In this document: piece after piece, positions 63,001-64,000 of the stretch | Layout: every line of letters starts with the position of its first letter | Position numbering within the stretch: the first letter of the stretch is position 1 | Assembly (NCBI GenBank): GCA_026225095.1 | Contig: JAMFSC010000072.1 | Span: 383 to 64,382, forward strand | Reading direction: 5' to 3' | DNA from: a bacterium | GTDB taxonomy: Bacteria; Acidobacteriota; Terriglobia; Terriglobales; Acidobacteriaceae | DNA length: 64,000 nucleotides | Notes under the pieces: model-generated | The model's input: only the letters and a program-made list of their open reading frames with translations | The model's database searches: none | What the model was told of the DNA's origin: nothing | Made by a program: the position numbers and the translations under genes

Positions 63001-63610
63001 CGCTGCTGTTGCTGCCCGCACCTGGCGAGGAGCTGCCCGGAAGATTGTTGCCGCCGCCGGAACTCTGCGATCCGTCGCCAAAGACGCCCGGCGCCAGCTG
63101 CACAAGCTGGAACACATCCCGTGCCGCTGAAGGCATATGCTCGATCTGGTTCGAATCCACCGTGCCGCTGATAGAAGCTGTCGCCGTCTCGATCGCCGGT
63201 CGCTCATCGCCCGAAACTGTGACGGTTGTGCTGGCATCACCAAGCAACAACTTCACATCCACCCCGTTCTGCTGCTCCGGAATAATGGTGATGTTGTTCA
63301 GCACCTGTTGCTTGAAACCCGGGGCCGCCGCCGTCAGCTTGAAGTGGTCTGGCGGCAGCGCATTGAAGTTGTAAACGCCACTCGCATTCGACGTTGCCGT
63401 CGTCGTGTGATTGTTTTCCATGTCGGTCAGCGTAAGGGTGGCGCCAGCCACGACTGCCCCGTCGGGGTCCGTCACAGTGCCCTGGATCGACGCCCGAAAC
63501 TGTGCATGGGCGACGCTGCCGCAGGCCAGGACCCCGGCGAGCATCGTCAGACCAAGCAGGGCCTGACGCGTACGCTCTTGGATCTTTGCGAGTTTTGATA
63601 GATCAAACAT
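60095..63610 (-). CDS. TonB-dependent receptor with an N-terminal carboxypeptidase-regulatory-like domain
   Basis: A signal peptide is followed by GTVTDPDGAVVAGATLTLTD...GVYNFNALPPDHFKLTA. The C-terminus ends ARFSF. The start is ATG 63610 with AGGAGG upstream; the ORF track extends to 63679. Confidence 0.9.
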   Translation of the reverse strand: MFDLSKLAKIQERTRQALLGLTMLAGVLACGSVAHAQFRASIQGTVTDPDGAVVAGATLTLTDMENNHTTTATSNASGVYNFNALPPDHFKLTAAAPGFKQQVLNNITIIPEQQNGVDVKLLLGDASTTVTVSGDERPAIETATASISGTVDSNQIEHMPSAARDVFQLVQLAPGVFGDGSQSSGGGNNLPGSSSPGAGSNSSGIFKTENGPQASANGGQTQTNGIQIDGISTVSAVWGGTSVITPTEDSVGSVKVLSNGYDAENGRFSGAQIQVTSKTGTNQFHGSLFFRANRPGLNAYQRYNGANTFNTGSPSDRGLLRDTTRSNQYGGSVGGPILHDKLFAFFAYETQRNNASTQTTGWYETAAFRALAPAGSIASKYLSFAGAAPNAIGRSDIPCANVGFIEGVNCRTIAGQGLNLGSPLTSGLGKQDLTWQNSTNPGVGSGLSSTADISFYTLANPTAQVGAQYNGRLDADATKKDHLAFAIYWVPLTTTSYQGTVRAYNLFHHSQINDAYSAIWNHVFSPTFLNEARVNDAGWRWNEVETNPQEPFGLPQAQVDGIGNLTGGTQLAFFGAPGPSNFNQHTYTYKDVATKVQGNHNIKFGGDVTRLYYLNNPTYSARPGYNFFNIWDFLNDAPRSESGSFNPVTGTPTTNRQDNREDLYGFFVHDDWKARSNLTLNMGLRYSYFGPLSSKQNNLGVVQFGTGSSTFTGLSVRQGGNLTNSQKGNFGPQFGFAYNPSQFDRKLVVRGGFGLNFNQTEIAITGNAGSNPPYILNANFSNSTIQNGVASIDPRIVYAVAASTTSLFGYPANPNAIGGFNAANLPTSGGATVTAFQANQPTPYTEHYSLDTQMDLGHQLVASIGYQGSLGRHVIVQNQLYITALALGYAQNPLVQNVDYFANTGHSNNNSLLVGLKKQMSHGIMFDAEFNYAKSMDTGSSPYYEDPYPFRPDLAYGRSDYNYGKAFKLYAMWQPVFFHNNSLLSKIADGFSFSGIYNIHGGFPFTPVYNTGNNLYYGSSGYNSLRPAAYLGGAKRIRSNDAFENGKPNLNFPNIAASGTSTPYFALPATGIPTSGTAYALPQLPGVERNSFNGPGYQDLDATVAKSFGFPHARILGEGAKMEIRADAFNLFNQINLNPGSIINNVLSQNFGQAQSALTGRTVNLQARFSF

Positions 63611-63676
63611 GAAGCCTCCTGTCAATCGTTTGCCTAAAGGATCTTCATGGCCAAGCGAAGGAGATCGACGATTAGG

Positions 63677-63686
63677 CAATCGATTG
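63677..63686. promoter_or_regulatory. Perfect 10-bp palindrome CAATCGATTG, a candidate LacI-family operator
   Basis: It lies in the divergent intergenic region between the receptor gene (start 63610) and the LacI-type regulator (start about 63765). It has the central CG typical of LacI/GalR operators. Confidence 0.35.
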
Positions 63687-63764
63687 ATCGAAAGTCATAC
63701 TGCACTTCCACCCACGCCATTGTCAACACCCCAAAGCCTGGAAGATCTATGGCACACTCATCAT

Positions 63765-64000
63765 GTGACGCAACCCACAAAAGACCGCGTCGAGCCAGAC
63801 CAAACTCGTCCTGCCGGAAAATCCGACGCTGCTCCCTCGCTAGCCACCCTGGCCGCCCACCTTGGCCTGTCCCCCGCCGCCATCTCGCGCGTGCTCAACC
63901 AATCCCCCGCCGCGCGATCCATCCCTGCGGTCACGCAGGAGCGCATCTTCGCCGCCGCCCGGCAGTTCAACTATCGTCCCAACGTCCTCGCGCGCTCCCT
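63765..64000 (+). CDS. LacI/GalR family transcriptional regulator (3' end lies outside the window)
   Basis: My own translation of this frame gives LATLAAHLGLSPAAISRVLNQSPAARSIPAVTQERIFAAARQFNYRPNVLARS. This is a canonical LacI HTH. The GTG start at 63765 is tentative. Confidence 0.75.
   Translation, partial: MTQPTKDRVEPDQTRPAGKSDAAPSLATLAAHLGLSPAAISRVLNQSPAARSIPAVTQERIFAAARQFNYRPNVLARS

Overview
This is a 64-kb, GC-rich bacterial chromosomal segment. The gene content points to Acidobacteriota (Terriglobia-like); this is an inference only. It rests on two ~1200-aa TonB-dependent receptors with carboxypeptidase-regulatory domains, a GH39/GH144-like sugar operon, the GlgE alpha-glucan pathway and a C30-type carotenoid cluster. 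All family calls are by-eye motif recognition, not database searches. Contents from left to right: (1) 3-6239 holds a carotenoid glycoside-ester type cluster with two CrtI-family desaturases, an ALDH, an acyltransferase and a GT2. (2) 6489-12209 holds glgE and a fused treS-pep2, followed by two genes of unknown function. (3) 14539-20508 holds a molybdenum hydroxylase (L-S-M subunit order) with convergent xdhC and mocA-like maturation genes. (4) 20681-25854 holds an orphan sugar-binding lipoprotein and the sulfate assimilation genes cysD-cysN-cysH. These are interleaved with a family of non-coding repeats: a 350-385 nt conserved element in two copies, a REP-like palindrome in two copies, and a 15-bp unit amplified to 7 tandem copies. 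(5) An OmpA-like protein and tRNA-Pro(CGG) follow. (6) 28096-41545 is a ~13.4-kb tRNA-Pro-linked island bounded by ~146-bp direct repeats. It is packed with two-component and chemotaxis genes, a decayed ISAs1 transposase and a frameshifted MCP, and no integrase is visible. (7) A TonB-dependent receptor follows. (8) 45773-54898 is the most unusual region. An overlapping gene pair fuses one ASK1/DUF4071-like helical-repeat module to an alpha/beta-hydrolase head in one protein and to a deoxyribosyltransferase/TIR-like head in the other. The region also carries an ECF sigma module and a 1532-aa membrane-embedded patatin/cPLA2-like phospholipase. (9) 55242-64000 is a PUL-like operon (TBDR, GH39, GH144-like, MFS, cytochrome c) with a divergent LacI regulator. 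No CRISPR array, rRNA gene or phage structural genes were seen.
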